DNA from: a virus
Lineage: Duplodnaviria > Heunggongvirae > Uroviricota > Caudoviricetes
Virus record (IMG/VR): IMGVR_UViG_3300044673_000278
Span: 123,694 to 187,693 of that record
Direction: 5' to 3' (one strand)
DNA: 64,000 nucleotides
The notes below the pieces were generated by a model, which saw nothing but the letters and a program-made list of their open reading frames with translations, was not told the origin of the DNA and did no database searches. Positions 35,598-45,653 of this stretch are shown here, in pieces. A program made the translations under genes and the position numbers. The stretch's first letter is position 1, and every line of letters starts with the position of its first letter.

Positions 35598-37364
35598 TTA
35601 TGCTATATCAATGTCTGTGTTGTAATTTGTAAATCCGTTTTCTTTGATCACTTTGAGTATGTTTTCTACTCGTCCAGCTAATTCGTCTTTGTGACTCACA
35701 AGCCAGATACTCTTATGACGTTCGCGGCTCATCTTCTTCAGCAAGCCCAAGCCGTTTTCCACACCTTGTGTGTCCAAACCATTGTCCATGAGTTCATCGA
35801 TGAACAACAAGTTTATGGGATGGTACAGGCTTTCCCACACATCGCGGAATGCCCAACTCATTGAGAGAATCAAACGTGTGCGTTCACCACGACTCAAGTT
35901 GTCGAAGTCTAGTTCACGACCTAGCTCTTCGATGCTGACACTGAGATCATTCTGGAATTTCACAGTGTGTGGCAATCCAATGCGATCCAAGTAGTGTGTG
36001 AGTCGCTGATTCAAGTAACTCAAGTTCTGGTCAATGATCTTCTTGCGCACAAATGAATCTTTGCTGGTCAACAGTTTGAGCAAGAAGTCTTGATGCTCTT
36101 GCACTCGAGTAAGTTCGTTCAGCGTGTCATAGGTCACTGTTTGCAATGCTTGTCCTTGCATGTCGGCAATTTGTTCGCCGTAAGGATCAACTTCGGCAAG
36201 GCGTGCAGCAAGGTCTTTGGCAAACCCATCCACGGTGTTTTTGTGATTCAGTGCTTGTTCAAGGCTGTCGTAAAACACCACAGGTGCAGTGCCTAGCTCG
36301 CCTAGCTCGTCGAGTTCATTTTCGTATTCCACTAGCTCGTTGCGTTTTTCTTGCCATGTGGCGTTGATTTCTTCCAATTCCTGAAGTTTGGCTAACTTGA
36401 TAGTTTCGTGTTGGTTGTCGTGAATGTCTTGACCACATGCATGACAGCGATGCGAATTCAACATAGCAAGTTCTTGTTCTAGCTTGACACGGCTTTTTTC
36501 TAATTTACTAATCTCTGCAGACACCAGTCTGTGATTGCGAGTACAATCGTCTATGTTCTTTTTCAGGCGCTGATACGTATCTAAATCTCTATGTGCTTGA
36601 ACTTCGTGATCAATGTCGATGTGTTCAAGATCCCGAATGGCCTGTTCAAATGCTGCACAGTCTTCTTGTTGCTTTTTGAGCCACAACGTCTGACGCTTAC
36701 GCAAGCTTTCAATCTGTTCTTCAATACGTTTGTTGGCTTCTTGTACAGCACGGATACGGAATTCTTCTTGGCTGATGGCATCTTTGGTTGACTTATTGAG
36801 TTCTTTGATGCGATCAGCACGTTCACTGAGTTGTGTGATACCCAACAACTGCTCAATGATAGTGCGTTGCTCATTGGCCTTCAAACTCAAAAACGGTTCA
36901 GTGTAAGTGTTCAGGGCCAAGATATGTTTGAACATATCATGGCTCATGCCTAAGATACGTTCGATGGCTTCCTGTGTTTCTCTGCTGTCACCTTGTGCTT
37001 CGTCTGTGGCCGCTTGTTCTTCATTGTTGACGTAAAACTTTAGCACATTGGGTTTACGCCCACGCTCAATCTTGTATTCTTTGCTACCTACAGTGAAATC
37101 CAAACTTACCAACATGTGTTTGGCATTGGTCTTGTTAACCAAATTGTCTTTGCGAATGTTGCTCAGTGCCTGGCCGTACAGAGCATAGCTCAGTGCATTG
37201 ATGATTGTGGTCTTGCCTGTGCCGTTACGACTACCGTCGCCGCCGAGATCCAAGTTTTCGCCCAGCACCAGGGTAAGGTCTCTGCGGTCAAAGTCAATGC
37301 CTTGCGTGGCATTGCCCACGCTCATAAAGTTACGAACAGTTAAAGTTTTAAAATGAATCAACAT
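35598..37364 (-). CDS. gp46: Recombination endonuclease ATPase subunit (gp46/Rad50/SbcC), 588 aa
   Basis: Walker A GSRNGTGKTT, coiled coil with CHACGQ hook, LSRGE signature, LLFIDE Walker B, LVSHK. Confidence 0.95.
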   Translation of the reverse strand: MLIHFKTLTVRNFMSVGNATQGIDFDRRDLTLVLGENLDLGGDGSRNGTGKTTIINALSYALYGQALSNIRKDNLVNKTNAKHMLVSLDFTVGSKEYKIERGRKPNVLKFYVNNEEQAATDEAQGDSRETQEAIERILGMSHDMFKHILALNTYTEPFLSLKANEQRTIIEQLLGITQLSERADRIKELNKSTKDAISQEEFRIRAVQEANKRIEEQIESLRKRQTLWLKKQQEDCAAFEQAIRDLEHIDIDHEVQAHRDLDTYQRLKKNIDDCTRNHRLVSAEISKLEKSRVKLEQELAMLNSHRCHACGQDIHDNQHETIKLAKLQELEEINATWQEKRNELVEYENELDELGELGTAPVVFYDSLEQALNHKNTVDGFAKDLAARLAEVDPYGEQIADMQGQALQTVTYDTLNELTRVQEHQDFLLKLLTSKDSFVRKKIIDQNLSYLNQRLTHYLDRIGLPHTVKFQNDLSVSIEELGRELDFDNLSRGERTRLILSMSWAFRDVWESLYHPINLLFIDELMDNGLDTQGVENGLGLLKKMSRERHKSIWLVSHKDELAGRVENILKVIKENGFTNYNTDIDIA

Positions 37365-38178
37365 TTACTCCATTGTCTTCCAACATTTTAACAATGTCGG
37401 TGGTATTTGTAAACCAGTTTGAATAGTCGTTGTGTGGCACCTCTATGTGGAACTCTAGATAGATAAAGTAATACAGCACTGCCTGGGTCCACAAGTCTGT
37501 TATGTGAGTTAGATCGTGTGGTTGTTTGTTTTTTACTTTGGTGATAATTTTTTTTGATATTTCAACGGGAGAAATGTAAACATCGTTTGCATCGCGCCAT
37601 TTTTCCCAAGTAGACTTAAAGTGGCCCATGTGTACAATCTGATCCAGTGCTTTGTATAACTGGCGATAATCACAGATCTGTTCTATGTTGATAGCGTATT
37701 CTCCCCAGGTATCGTCCTTCCACTGAAATCGAAATTTGTGATCCCTGAGATACAAAAAATATTTTTCGCGACGTGCCCAGTCGTCGTCGATGTCCCATGC
37801 ATCAGTGGTTAACTCCCGGTCTATACTACTATTCATGGCTTTGTCAATTGCAGTTCTAGCAACAATAGGCCAAGAATAATCTGTGTAGCAAATTTTAACA
37901 ACTTCGGCTTGGGGCAACACCAATTTAAACTGCTTGCTTTCGTTGTCAATACCGTTATCGATTAACACCGAGTAGTTTTTTGATTGATCAAATTCGATTC
38001 CTCCGGGCCAGCATTCGTGTATATATTTTGGGGTAACCAGATCCAAAGAATGGCTGTTACCATTGGATGAAAACTCTAATGCTCCCTTGGGACGAACAAA
38101 GTTATTCCCGTACAAAGTCAACACAGCGTTTACAAAATGTCCAAACCCGCCACTAGGGTACCAAACACAATAAATCAT
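37348..38178 (-). CDS. Hypothetical protein inserted between gp47 and gp46, 276 aa
   Basis: ATGA overlap with gp47 stop and 17-bp overlap with gp46 start; AT-rich; N-terminal YPSGGFGHF. Confidence 0.7.
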   Translation of the reverse strand: MIYCVWYPSGGFGHFVNAVLTLYGNNFVRPKGALEFSSNGNSHSLDLVTPKYIHECWPGGIEFDQSKNYSVLIDNGIDNESKQFKLVLPQAEVVKICYTDYSWPIVARTAIDKAMNSSIDRELTTDAWDIDDDWARREKYFLYLRDHKFRFQWKDDTWGEYAINIEQICDYRQLYKALDQIVHMGHFKSTWEKWRDANDVYISPVEISKKIITKVKNKQPHDLTHITDLWTQAVLYYFIYLEFHIEVPHNDYSNWFTNTTDIVKMLEDNGVNVDSF

Positions 38179-39191
38179 AGATTCTGATAGATCTTCAACA
38201 ACAATTTGTTGTCGTAAAACTCTGATTCAATGTTTGTGAGCTGATCTACTACGATTTGGTCCACCGATTCAAATTTGACTTCACCGGGGGCCATGTCTTC
38301 GTCCACGCCCGCGGTTTTGTTTGGGATAAGCGCCATCTCGCGTAGACCGTGCTGTTGAATAAACGTTTCTTTGATGAAGTTGGCTTCTTCGTACGAGATT
38401 TCGATATCGAGATTAACCCGAACGTGCATTTTGGGCTGAAGAAGAGTTTGAGCGTTGTCGATAAGGTTGGCAAGTCCGTAAACTCTGTAAGTAGGCTGGT
38501 CTGGCCAGGCATGATATACCGGATCTTTGCCCCACTCCAACACAGTGAGCCCACGTTCGTCGTCACCAGCGTCCGCATAGTTGTGTGGGAACGCATTGCC
38601 AATGTAGGTGATATTCTTTTTAGTCTGGCGTTTGTGAAAGTGTCCTGTAAAAACATGACCAAACCCTGTAAGATCTTCACGTTTGATTTCTCCATGATCT
38701 GGCATCTCCACCATTGCGTTCATTAGATACCCGGGAAGTTCAAAGTGTCCAAACAAGTAGTCGCCTGACATCTTGGTCAACCTCTTGTGATCATCGCCAC
38801 AAAGCCAAGGAGCGATAGTGACACCACCACTACTAAACCAATCGTTGCAGATTTCCACATTGGGCAGGTGCTTGGCCCATTCCACACTTTGAATATCGCG
38901 TTTGTCGCGATAGTACAAGTCGTGGTTGCCAGGAATAAAGTAAACCCGCTCAAAGTTGGCATTGAGATGCTCCAGCGCTCGTAGGCTGTAGTTCAGGGTA
39001 ACAATGTTTAGGCTGGCACGGTTGTTGTGCCAATCACCTAGGAACAAGCAGGTTTCGCAGCCCTCTTCACGAGCCTTTTGGGTAGCCCACTGGACAAAAG
39101 CCAAACAGTCTTCGTTGTGAACTACACTGTTTGACTTGAGCCCAAAATGGATGTCAGTAAAGATTGCTGCTTTGCGAAATAAGTTACTCAT
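38175..39191 (-). CDS. gp47: Recombination endonuclease nuclease subunit (gp47/Mre11/SbcD), 338 aa
   Basis: Metallophosphoesterase motifs FTDIHFG, FLGDW, PGNHD, GHFE, TGHFH. Confidence 0.95.
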   Translation of the reverse strand: MSNLFRKAAIFTDIHFGLKSNSVVHNEDCLAFVQWATQKAREEGCETCLFLGDWHNNRASLNIVTLNYSLRALEHLNANFERVYFIPGNHDLYYRDKRDIQSVEWAKHLPNVEICNDWFSSGGVTIAPWLCGDDHKRLTKMSGDYLFGHFELPGYLMNAMVEMPDHGEIKREDLTGFGHVFTGHFHKRQTKKNITYIGNAFPHNYADAGDDERGLTVLEWGKDPVYHAWPDQPTYRVYGLANLIDNAQTLLQPKMHVRVNLDIEISYEEANFIKETFIQQHGLREMALIPNKTAGVDEDMAPGEVKFESVDQIVVDQLTNIESEFYDNKLLLKIYQNL

Positions 39192-39197
39192 CTCGCT

Positions 39198-39226
39198 AGT
39201 ATATTACTCATCCAAGCTAGATACAA
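39198..39226 (-). promoter_or_regulatory. Sigma70-like promoter for gp47
   Basis: TTGTAT-N17-TATACT; the -10 is 6 nt before the ATG, so probably leaderless. Confidence 0.5.
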
Positions 39227-40088
39227 CCGGTCCGGACATTTCTGCTGCACTTTTGCCCCCGGCGTTTTGGCGAGTCCAACTTGGATTCAATCCGTTGATT
39301 TCCAAAATGTCGTCGCGAATGTTCTGCATCTTTTTCTCAATGTTGAGGATTCTGGTAAAGCTGTTGGTGATTGCAGCAGTGTAATACGCAAACGGGTTTT
39401 GACTCTTGCTTTCGTCAAACTGCAAACCAATTTGACTGAGCTGTAGCAGGGCCTGACCGCGCATTTCTTCGTTGTAGGTATAGCCGCGCCAGTTAGAACG
39501 GGTAGCATAGCGTTCGCACAGTTTCATAAACATCATGGCCAACTTGCGAGTCATGTTGCCGTGATCTCTACAGTATTCACCGGTTTCCAAATCGCCTTTC
39601 CAGTGACTCTTGCCCACAATGTAAGGCACTTTGTCGGCGTCAATACGGTAGTGAAAAAACGGGGGGAAGTTCAGTCGCACATGTGTTGGGTCCAACACTG
39701 GCTCTTCCACTAGGTCGTCTAGCACTGGATCAGCATCGTCCAAATCCAAGATGTCTTCGAGCTTTTTGCGCTTGGGAGCATTTTTGGGCACTTTTTTTGG
39801 TGCCATGGGTATGTGATCCCATGTAGTAACACGAAACACTAGATCTGTGTTTTCAATCTTTTTGGGATCGATTATTTCGCCAGTTTCGCGTTTGATACGG
39901 TCAGCACGGTTGCGACGAGCTTCGGCAATGGTACGCTGATTGATCTTGTCCACTGAGGGTAGAATAATGTCGTACTGGTGATCTAGCACGGGATCTCGGT
40001 AGCTGCAATATGTGTTTTTGCTGAGATGGATTTCTTTGAGAATGTCTCTGTTGTTTAAGTAATTGACCTTTTTTGCTGGTTCTAGCAT
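39204..40088 (-). CDS. gp55: Late transcription sigma factor (gp55 family), 294 aa with corrected start
   Basis: NYLNNRDILKEI...NWRGYTYNEEMRGQAL...FDESKSQNPFAYYTAAITNSF..ILNIEKK. ATG at 40088 has an AGGAG SD and promoter upstream; the track start 40202 would overlap the divergent gene. Confidence 0.9.
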   Translation of the reverse strand: MLEPAKKVNYLNNRDILKEIHLSKNTYCSYRDPVLDHQYDIILPSVDKINQRTIAEARRNRADRIKRETGEIIDPKKIENTDLVFRVTTWDHIPMAPKKVPKNAPKRKKLEDILDLDDADPVLDDLVEEPVLDPTHVRLNFPPFFHYRIDADKVPYIVGKSHWKGDLETGEYCRDHGNMTRKLAMMFMKLCERYATRSNWRGYTYNEEMRGQALLQLSQIGLQFDESKSQNPFAYYTAAITNSFTRILNIEKKMQNIRDDILEINGLNPSWTRQNAGGKSAAEMSGPVVSSLDE

Positions 40089-40116
40089 TGGGGGTAGTCT
40101 CCTGGGATATGTACTT

Positions 40117-40144
40117 ATTGTACTACAAAAGTGTGGCTTGTCAA
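40117..40144 (-). promoter_or_regulatory. Sigma70-consensus promoter for gp55
   Basis: TTGACA (40139-44)-N16-TACAAT (40117-22). Confidence 0.75.
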
Positions 40145-40176
40145 CCTTTCTTAAACTATGCCGATAATTTTTTGGG

Positions 40177-40182
40177 TAAATA
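40177..40182 (+). promoter_or_regulatory. Late promoter core TAAATA for the baseplate operon
   Basis: GGTAAATAAG 18 nt before the ATG at 40201, with AGGA SD. Confidence 0.6.
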
Positions 40183-40200
40183 AGGTATAGGAATACAAAC

Positions 40201-42195
40201 ATGGGTTACGATGCAAAAAAGGCGGAAACGTTTAACAAACTGCGACAGGCTGGCGTTTCAGAAGATCAGGCACTAGCTCAGGCTGGTATCACTGACGCTG
40301 ACATAGGCAATTACGCCCTGGGCAGCAACGGCCAAATGGGTGCGCTGAACATCGGCGGCGGCAAAGTTGCTGGGGTTGATTATGAAAAGTTATCACCTGC
40401 TGAACTTCGTGAGCAAGCTCGTTTTGATCAAGGTCTCAAGTCAGTTGACTACGATGAAACCGCCAACGCACCGCCTAAGCCAACAACACCAATCAACTAT
40501 ACCACAACCAGCACAGAAACTGTAAGCGGTGGTGGATCTACTACTATTGTTGCAGGCCCTAGACAATCCAATGCAACCAGTCAAGCACTGGGCAGCGCCT
40601 ATGATGCAAAAAATGCCGAGTACAATCAATTTGTCAAAGACAATCCCAGCGACTTTGCTAGACGCCGCCAAGGCCTTCCGCCCCTGACTCCCCAAGAGGC
40701 GCAGCAAAGACAAGCTCGCTTGGATCAGCTCAATCAAGAAAAAGAAACACTGAAGAATCGACAAATTGATGCTGAAACACCAGGCACACCCACAGTAGTT
40801 ACTACACCCAACACAACCACAACCACGACCACAGTGACGTCGGGACGAGTGGCACCCAATGAACCGGTGAACATTCAAAACGATCCAGCAGTATTCAATC
40901 AGGCTGAACAACAACTTGATAATCAAACTCCTCAGGCAGCTACTGTAAACACAGTTAGCGCACCAACCGAAGTTGACACAGGTGCAGACGCAGGTGAAAT
41001 CACAGTGGCACAAGAACCGCCTACGTTTGAACCTCAAAGCATTGACCCCCAGGAAGATCCCTTTGAAGCCGAACGATTACGTATAGAGCAAGAGTTTGAC
41101 AATCCTGCTCCGGTGCTCACAGCTGAAGATGTACCGCCATTGGATCCTGAAGTACAGGCACAGATTGAACGTGAGCAAGAACAATTTCGTGCTGATTTTG
41201 CAGTGCAGTCAGCACAGGCCGATGCTGTTGATCTCGACAATGATCCAGCAGTAAGAGAATTTGCAGAGCAGTCGCGACTGGAAGCAGAACAACGCTTTAA
41301 CGAAATGTCTGATCCTGATGGGGCATACGAAGCAGAAACCAAAGCTAAACTAGCGGAATTACAAAAACAATCCACTATACAAGATCGCTTGGGTCAAAAT
41401 GCCAAAGGCGACTGGCGTGTACGTTTGCGCATTGCACCTGAAGCCACATATCTATATCAGGACCCAAGTAACACGTTGCTGGCTCCACTCAAAGTCAGTG
41501 ACGGTGTGGTATTCCCGTATACTCCTATCATCAATACCAACTATGCTGCCAAATATGATGCATATGATCTAACGCACTCTAACTATCGTGGATATTTCTA
41601 TCGCGGTAGCCAGGTCAGCGACATCAATATTCAAGCTACATTTACAGCACAAGACACTCGAGAAGCTGAGTATGTGTTGGCAGTGATACACTTTTTTAGA
41701 TCTGCTACCAAGATGTTCTATGGGCAGGACAGAGAGCGCGGCGCCCCGCCTCCACTGGTATACCTACGTGGTTATGGAGAATATCAATTCAATGACCACG
41801 CCTGTGTAATTTCTAACTTTCAGTACAACTTGCCCAATGATGTAGACTACATCTCTATAACCCCCAACAACATTGGATTGAATATGAGCAACCGTCTTGC
41901 TCAAGTAGGTTCGTCGCCTACTAGCACACTAAGCTCTGCTGTGAATCGCTTGAAGAATTTGTACAATGCAGTATCTGGTCAACCTGGCGTACCGAGAGGT
42001 GCCAAACCCGGAGAGCGTGTAGAACTTGGCACAGTGTCTCAAACAGTTAACAAAACTGGTCAGTCTAGCTACGTGCCTACCAAGATCGATCTCAGCATTA
42101 CACTGTTGCCTGTGCAAACTCGCAGTCAAGTTAGCAAGCAGTTCAGTGTTAAAGAATTTAGCAATGGCAACTTATTGAAGAAAGGATTCTGGTAA
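40201..42195 (+). CDS. Baseplate tail-tube cap/initiator-like protein (gp48/gp54-like C-terminus) with long low-complexity N-terminus, 664 aa
   Basis: DWRVRL...VVFPYTP...THSNY...ATFTAQD..EAEYVLAVIHFFRSATKMFYG..GAPPPLVYL.GYG. Confidence 0.65.
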   Translation: MGYDAKKAETFNKLRQAGVSEDQALAQAGITDADIGNYALGSNGQMGALNIGGGKVAGVDYEKLSPAELREQARFDQGLKSVDYDETANAPPKPTTPINYTTTSTETVSGGGSTTIVAGPRQSNATSQALGSAYDAKNAEYNQFVKDNPSDFARRRQGLPPLTPQEAQQRQARLDQLNQEKETLKNRQIDAETPGTPTVVTTPNTTTTTTTVTSGRVAPNEPVNIQNDPAVFNQAEQQLDNQTPQAATVNTVSAPTEVDTGADAGEITVAQEPPTFEPQSIDPQEDPFEAERLRIEQEFDNPAPVLTAEDVPPLDPEVQAQIEREQEQFRADFAVQSAQADAVDLDNDPAVREFAEQSRLEAEQRFNEMSDPDGAYEAETKAKLAELQKQSTIQDRLGQNAKGDWRVRLRIAPEATYLYQDPSNTLLAPLKVSDGVVFPYTPIINTNYAAKYDAYDLTHSNYRGYFYRGSQVSDINIQATFTAQDTREAEYVLAVIHFFRSATKMFYGQDRERGAPPPLVYLRGYGEYQFNDHACVISNFQYNLPNDVDYISITPNNIGLNMSNRLAQVGSSPTSTLSSAVNRLKNLYNAVSGQPGVPRGAKPGERVELGTVSQTVNKTGQSSYVPTKIDLSITLLPVQTRSQVSKQFSVKEFSNGNLLKKGFW

Positions 42196-42494
42196 TGGCC
42201 AACTACGATTCTACCAGTCCCTATTACGCAACACCATACAGTCAGTTTTTTCTTGACGTCATGGTTGATCGTCCCATTCCCAAAGAAAGCGACGATTTGA
42301 AAACCATTATCAACTTGACCTATCAATATCGTCCAGACTTGTTGGCATTTGACTTGTACGGTACTCCTACCCTGTGGTGGGTGTTCTATCAACGAAACCC
42401 CAACACGCTGACCAAGCCACCGTTGGATTTCACAGTGGGCAAAGAAATTTACTTGCCCAAAGAATCAACACTGAAATCAGTGCTGGGGTACTAA
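42195..42494 (+). CDS. gp53: Baseplate wedge gp53-like (LysM-like) protein, 99 aa
   Basis: YQYRPDLLAFDLYGTPTLWWVFYQRN. Confidence 0.8.
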   Translation: MANYDSTSPYYATPYSQFFLDVMVDRPIPKESDDLKTIINLTYQYRPDLLAFDLYGTPTLWWVFYQRNPNTLTKPPLDFTVGKEIYLPKESTLKSVLGY

Positions 42495-42497
42495 TCA

Positions 42498-45400
42498 ATG
42501 GCCAATCCAGCAGTAGAAATTGCCAACTTACAGCGTCGTCGTGAACAGTTGTTTGCCGAGCGCGACAGACTGGAAAGTGAAAGAGATGCATTAATCGCAA
42601 AAGCACGGATTCAATCGCAAGGCGGCGACAGAGAGGGTGCTACCACTCTGCGAGATCTTGCAGCTCGAATTGAAACACAATTAAATGGCATTGAAGAACA
42701 GATTGGTAATCTATCTACTCAAATTGGCATATTAGAGCAACAACAAACACGTCAAGACAAAGAAGAGCAACCACAAACCACTGTCAGCGGTCCCGCGCCG
42801 CCCACAGAAGATCCGACAACAAAACAAGTAGATGCTGCATCAAATGCTGCTGATGTCAACACCAACAGTGGTGACCCTGGCGATCCTGGACCTGCTGCTA
42901 TTGCAAAAAAAGGCGACAACAGCGCTCAAGATGACAATCCTCAAACTGCTAACACGTCTGCGCTGGGTCAGCCTGTTGCTACCACTGCTGCAACTCCAGT
43001 AAATTCCCCAGCGTCCAAACCTATTGTTCCTCAGCCCAACATACTTGACCGTTTTGCTAGTTATACATATCAGGCCGCAGTTTATCTGTTGACACCCGAA
43101 CAACTCAATGCGCTGCAAACTAGTCAAAAAAAATCAGTCAACGGATACAACTTGTTATTTCAAAGCGGCGGAGCCCCCAACAACATTGGCGGCCCACAGG
43201 CCGCGCCAACTTCTCAAACAAACACAAGTTCATCAGACGGAGTAGATGCAACTGCTGGTACACCAGTGGCATCAGGACCCGACGCTGGCCGTAATCCTTT
43301 TTTCCCTAACGACTTTTACATCGACACAATTACCATTGAAAACGTACCGTTGGGCAAAGGTACTATGGCCGCGCACGGCTCTACACAATTGAAATTCACA
43401 GTAATTGAACCTGCAAATATCACCTTGCTGGATTGCATGTATCAGGCTGTGCAAAACTTGCAGCCAAAAAGTGGCGGGGGCAAAGGCCCTGTAAACTATG
43501 CAGCCGCTTGCTATCTCATGGTAATTCGTTTCTATGGATACGATGAACAGGGCAGATTACAAAAAGCTGGATTCCTTACAGAAAATTCATCGTTGACTGA
43601 TCCCAATGCAGCCATAGAAAAATACATTCCTTTTAGAATTAAAAATATCAACTGGGAAGTCAGCAACAGGTTGGTATCGTACGAATTTGATTGCCAACCC
43701 ATTGGTCAAATTGTAGCTGGCGGAACTCGTCGAGGAACCATACCTGCTGATGTTGAAATCAGTGGACAGACTGTGGGCGAACTTCTAGTTGGCAGTGTGC
43801 CTGCCAACAATGCCAGCGCCACAGCCCAAACTGGATTGCGAGCAGATGAAAATCAAACTCAGGCCGAAACAAATCGTCTGGCTGGCCAGGCATCGGCACC
43901 ACCCAAAGCCGCTGCTGCCCAACAAAAATCAGCTCTGCGTACCGGAATAATTGGTGCAATGAATGCTCAACAACAAAAGTTGTTGAAAATGAACGAAGTT
44001 GAAATTGCCGACGAGTACGAAATAGTATTTGCTACAGGTGCAGAAAAAATCAGAGACGCCACTGTGACCAAGCCGGGGTCCACAGTAAACAAAGGTGCCA
44101 CTGACATGGGCCCTGCACCTCAACAGAATCCCAGTGGGCTCAGTCCAGACAAAGGCGCTGTAAAACAAAACAGCAGAAATCAAGGCATCACTGCTGGTAT
44201 GCAATTGTTGCAAGTGATTGATTTGGCCATTAGAAATTCAAACTATATCACTGACCAAGCAACCACTGTGATCACCGAAGGCAGCGATGGCAAATCAGAA
44301 GCCAATGGCACTGCCAACTCCACTTCATTTTTGTGGTATCACATTGCCATGAGTGTGCAGCAACTGGGCTACGACTTCAAACGCCGTGACTTTGCATACC
44401 GTGTGAGATACACTATTCTCCCCTACGCACCACAGGATTTTCAAAGTCAGTATTTCCCTCAGCCCAAATTCCGTGGAGTGGTCAAAAGCTATCCATACTG
44501 GTTTACAGGACAGAACACAGCAGTGTTGGACTACAGAGCCAGCTTCAACAAGATGTATCATTTAACAGTGTCTGGAAGTTCAGCCGAAACGTCACTGTTG
44601 GCAAAAAGCAGACAAGATTATGTGACCAGCATGAGAGATCTGCCATTTGTACAGTATCAGGCCCGCAGTACTGAATCGTCGATGGGTGCAGCAGGTCGTG
44701 CCAACGAACTAGCAGCCAATGCTGCTGAATATCTGTACAATCCAGCAGACAACGGCCAGGCCGAAATGACCATAATAGGCGATCCGGCTTGGATACAACA
44801 AGGTTCTTCCATTGGCCAACTTGATCCCAAAAATATCAATTATGATCCGTTCAATCCCGACGGCACTATCAATTTTGACACCAATGATGTGTTGTTTGAA
44901 ATAGTGTGGCAACGACCTGAAGATTATGATCTAGGCACTGGCCTGGCAGATCCTTACGCTAGAACTCAAGCTACATTCGGCGATAGACAACCACGGCAAA
45001 GTGTGATTTACCGAGCAATCAATGTAGTCAGCGAGTTCCGACAAGGTAGATTCCAACAAAAACTCAAAGGCGTTCTGTATAGATATCCAGTGCCGGGCAA
45101 AAAGTCAGACGCTGATACCACTGCATCAAAAGCAACCGGTGGCAGCGAAACTGGTTTAGACGCAAGTGGTCGCCAAACCAGCGCCAGCGACACTCGTGTG
45201 CAGGGTCGCAGTAATCAAAGTTTGGCTGTGCAATTGAGAACTGGTGTCAACTTAAACAGCACAGCAGGTGCTGGCCGCGGCATTGTTGCTGGGCCCACAG
45301 CTGAAGAACTTGCTGCTTACTCGGATGCAAAATCTGCACAGACTGCGGCTGCAAGATTATCATCGTCGGCCACGCCCAGTGCTAGACCTGCCCCAACACC

Positions 45401-45644
45401 AAACGTCACAGCAACACCTGTCAGTAGCGGAGAGTTTTCTGCTCCTACGGCCGAATCTGGTGCAGTTTCTCCACTGCCTCCTGCTCAACCGGTAACTAGT
45501 AATGGTGCAACAGTGACTCGACCAGCAACTAATAGTACCGCAACAGCAAATCAATCTGGTGCAGATACAGCAAGGCTGAGACGAGCAGGACAAGCAACAG
45601 CTGGTGCTCTTAACTTGCCCCAACAAGGCGCTAGAGATTATTAA
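42498..45644 (+). CDS. Baseplate hub protein (gp27/VgrG-like by position and motifs), 1048 aa
   Basis: PNILDRFASYTY, DFYIDTITI, FTVIEP, Y.WFTGQNTAVLDY, MTIIGDPAWI, SEFRQGRFQQKL; lies between gp53 and gp5. Confidence 0.6.
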   Translation: MANPAVEIANLQRRREQLFAERDRLESERDALIAKARIQSQGGDREGATTLRDLAARIETQLNGIEEQIGNLSTQIGILEQQQTRQDKEEQPQTTVSGPAPPTEDPTTKQVDAASNAADVNTNSGDPGDPGPAAIAKKGDNSAQDDNPQTANTSALGQPVATTAATPVNSPASKPIVPQPNILDRFASYTYQAAVYLLTPEQLNALQTSQKKSVNGYNLLFQSGGAPNNIGGPQAAPTSQTNTSSSDGVDATAGTPVASGPDAGRNPFFPNDFYIDTITIENVPLGKGTMAAHGSTQLKFTVIEPANITLLDCMYQAVQNLQPKSGGGKGPVNYAAACYLMVIRFYGYDEQGRLQKAGFLTENSSLTDPNAAIEKYIPFRIKNINWEVSNRLVSYEFDCQPIGQIVAGGTRRGTIPADVEISGQTVGELLVGSVPANNASATAQTGLRADENQTQAETNRLAGQASAPPKAAAAQQKSALRTGIIGAMNAQQQKLLKMNEVEIADEYEIVFATGAEKIRDATVTKPGSTVNKGATDMGPAPQQNPSGLSPDKGAVKQNSRNQGITAGMQLLQVIDLAIRNSNYITDQATTVITEGSDGKSEANGTANSTSFLWYHIAMSVQQLGYDFKRRDFAYRVRYTILPYAPQDFQSQYFPQPKFRGVVKSYPYWFTGQNTAVLDYRASFNKMYHLTVSGSSAETSLLAKSRQDYVTSMRDLPFVQYQARSTESSMGAAGRANELAANAAEYLYNPADNGQAEMTIIGDPAWIQQGSSIGQLDPKNINYDPFNPDGTINFDTNDVLFEIVWQRPEDYDLGTGLADPYARTQATFGDRQPRQSVIYRAINVVSEFRQGRFQQKLKGVLYRYPVPGKKSDADTTASKATGGSETGLDASGRQTSASDTRVQGRSNQSLAVQLRTGVNLNSTAGAGRGIVAGPTAEELAAYSDAKSAQTAAARLSSSATPSARPAPTPNVTATPVSSGEFSAPTAESGAVSPLPPAQPVTSNGATVTRPATNSTATANQSGADTARLRRAGQATAGALNLPQQGARDY

Positions 45645-45653
45645 GGACAAACA

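Noticed and set aside
40089-40202. Longer 332-aa gp55 from the ORF track
   Set aside because: The extension spans the promoter region and overlaps the divergent gene start; the ATG at 40088 has an SD and begins the conserved sequence.
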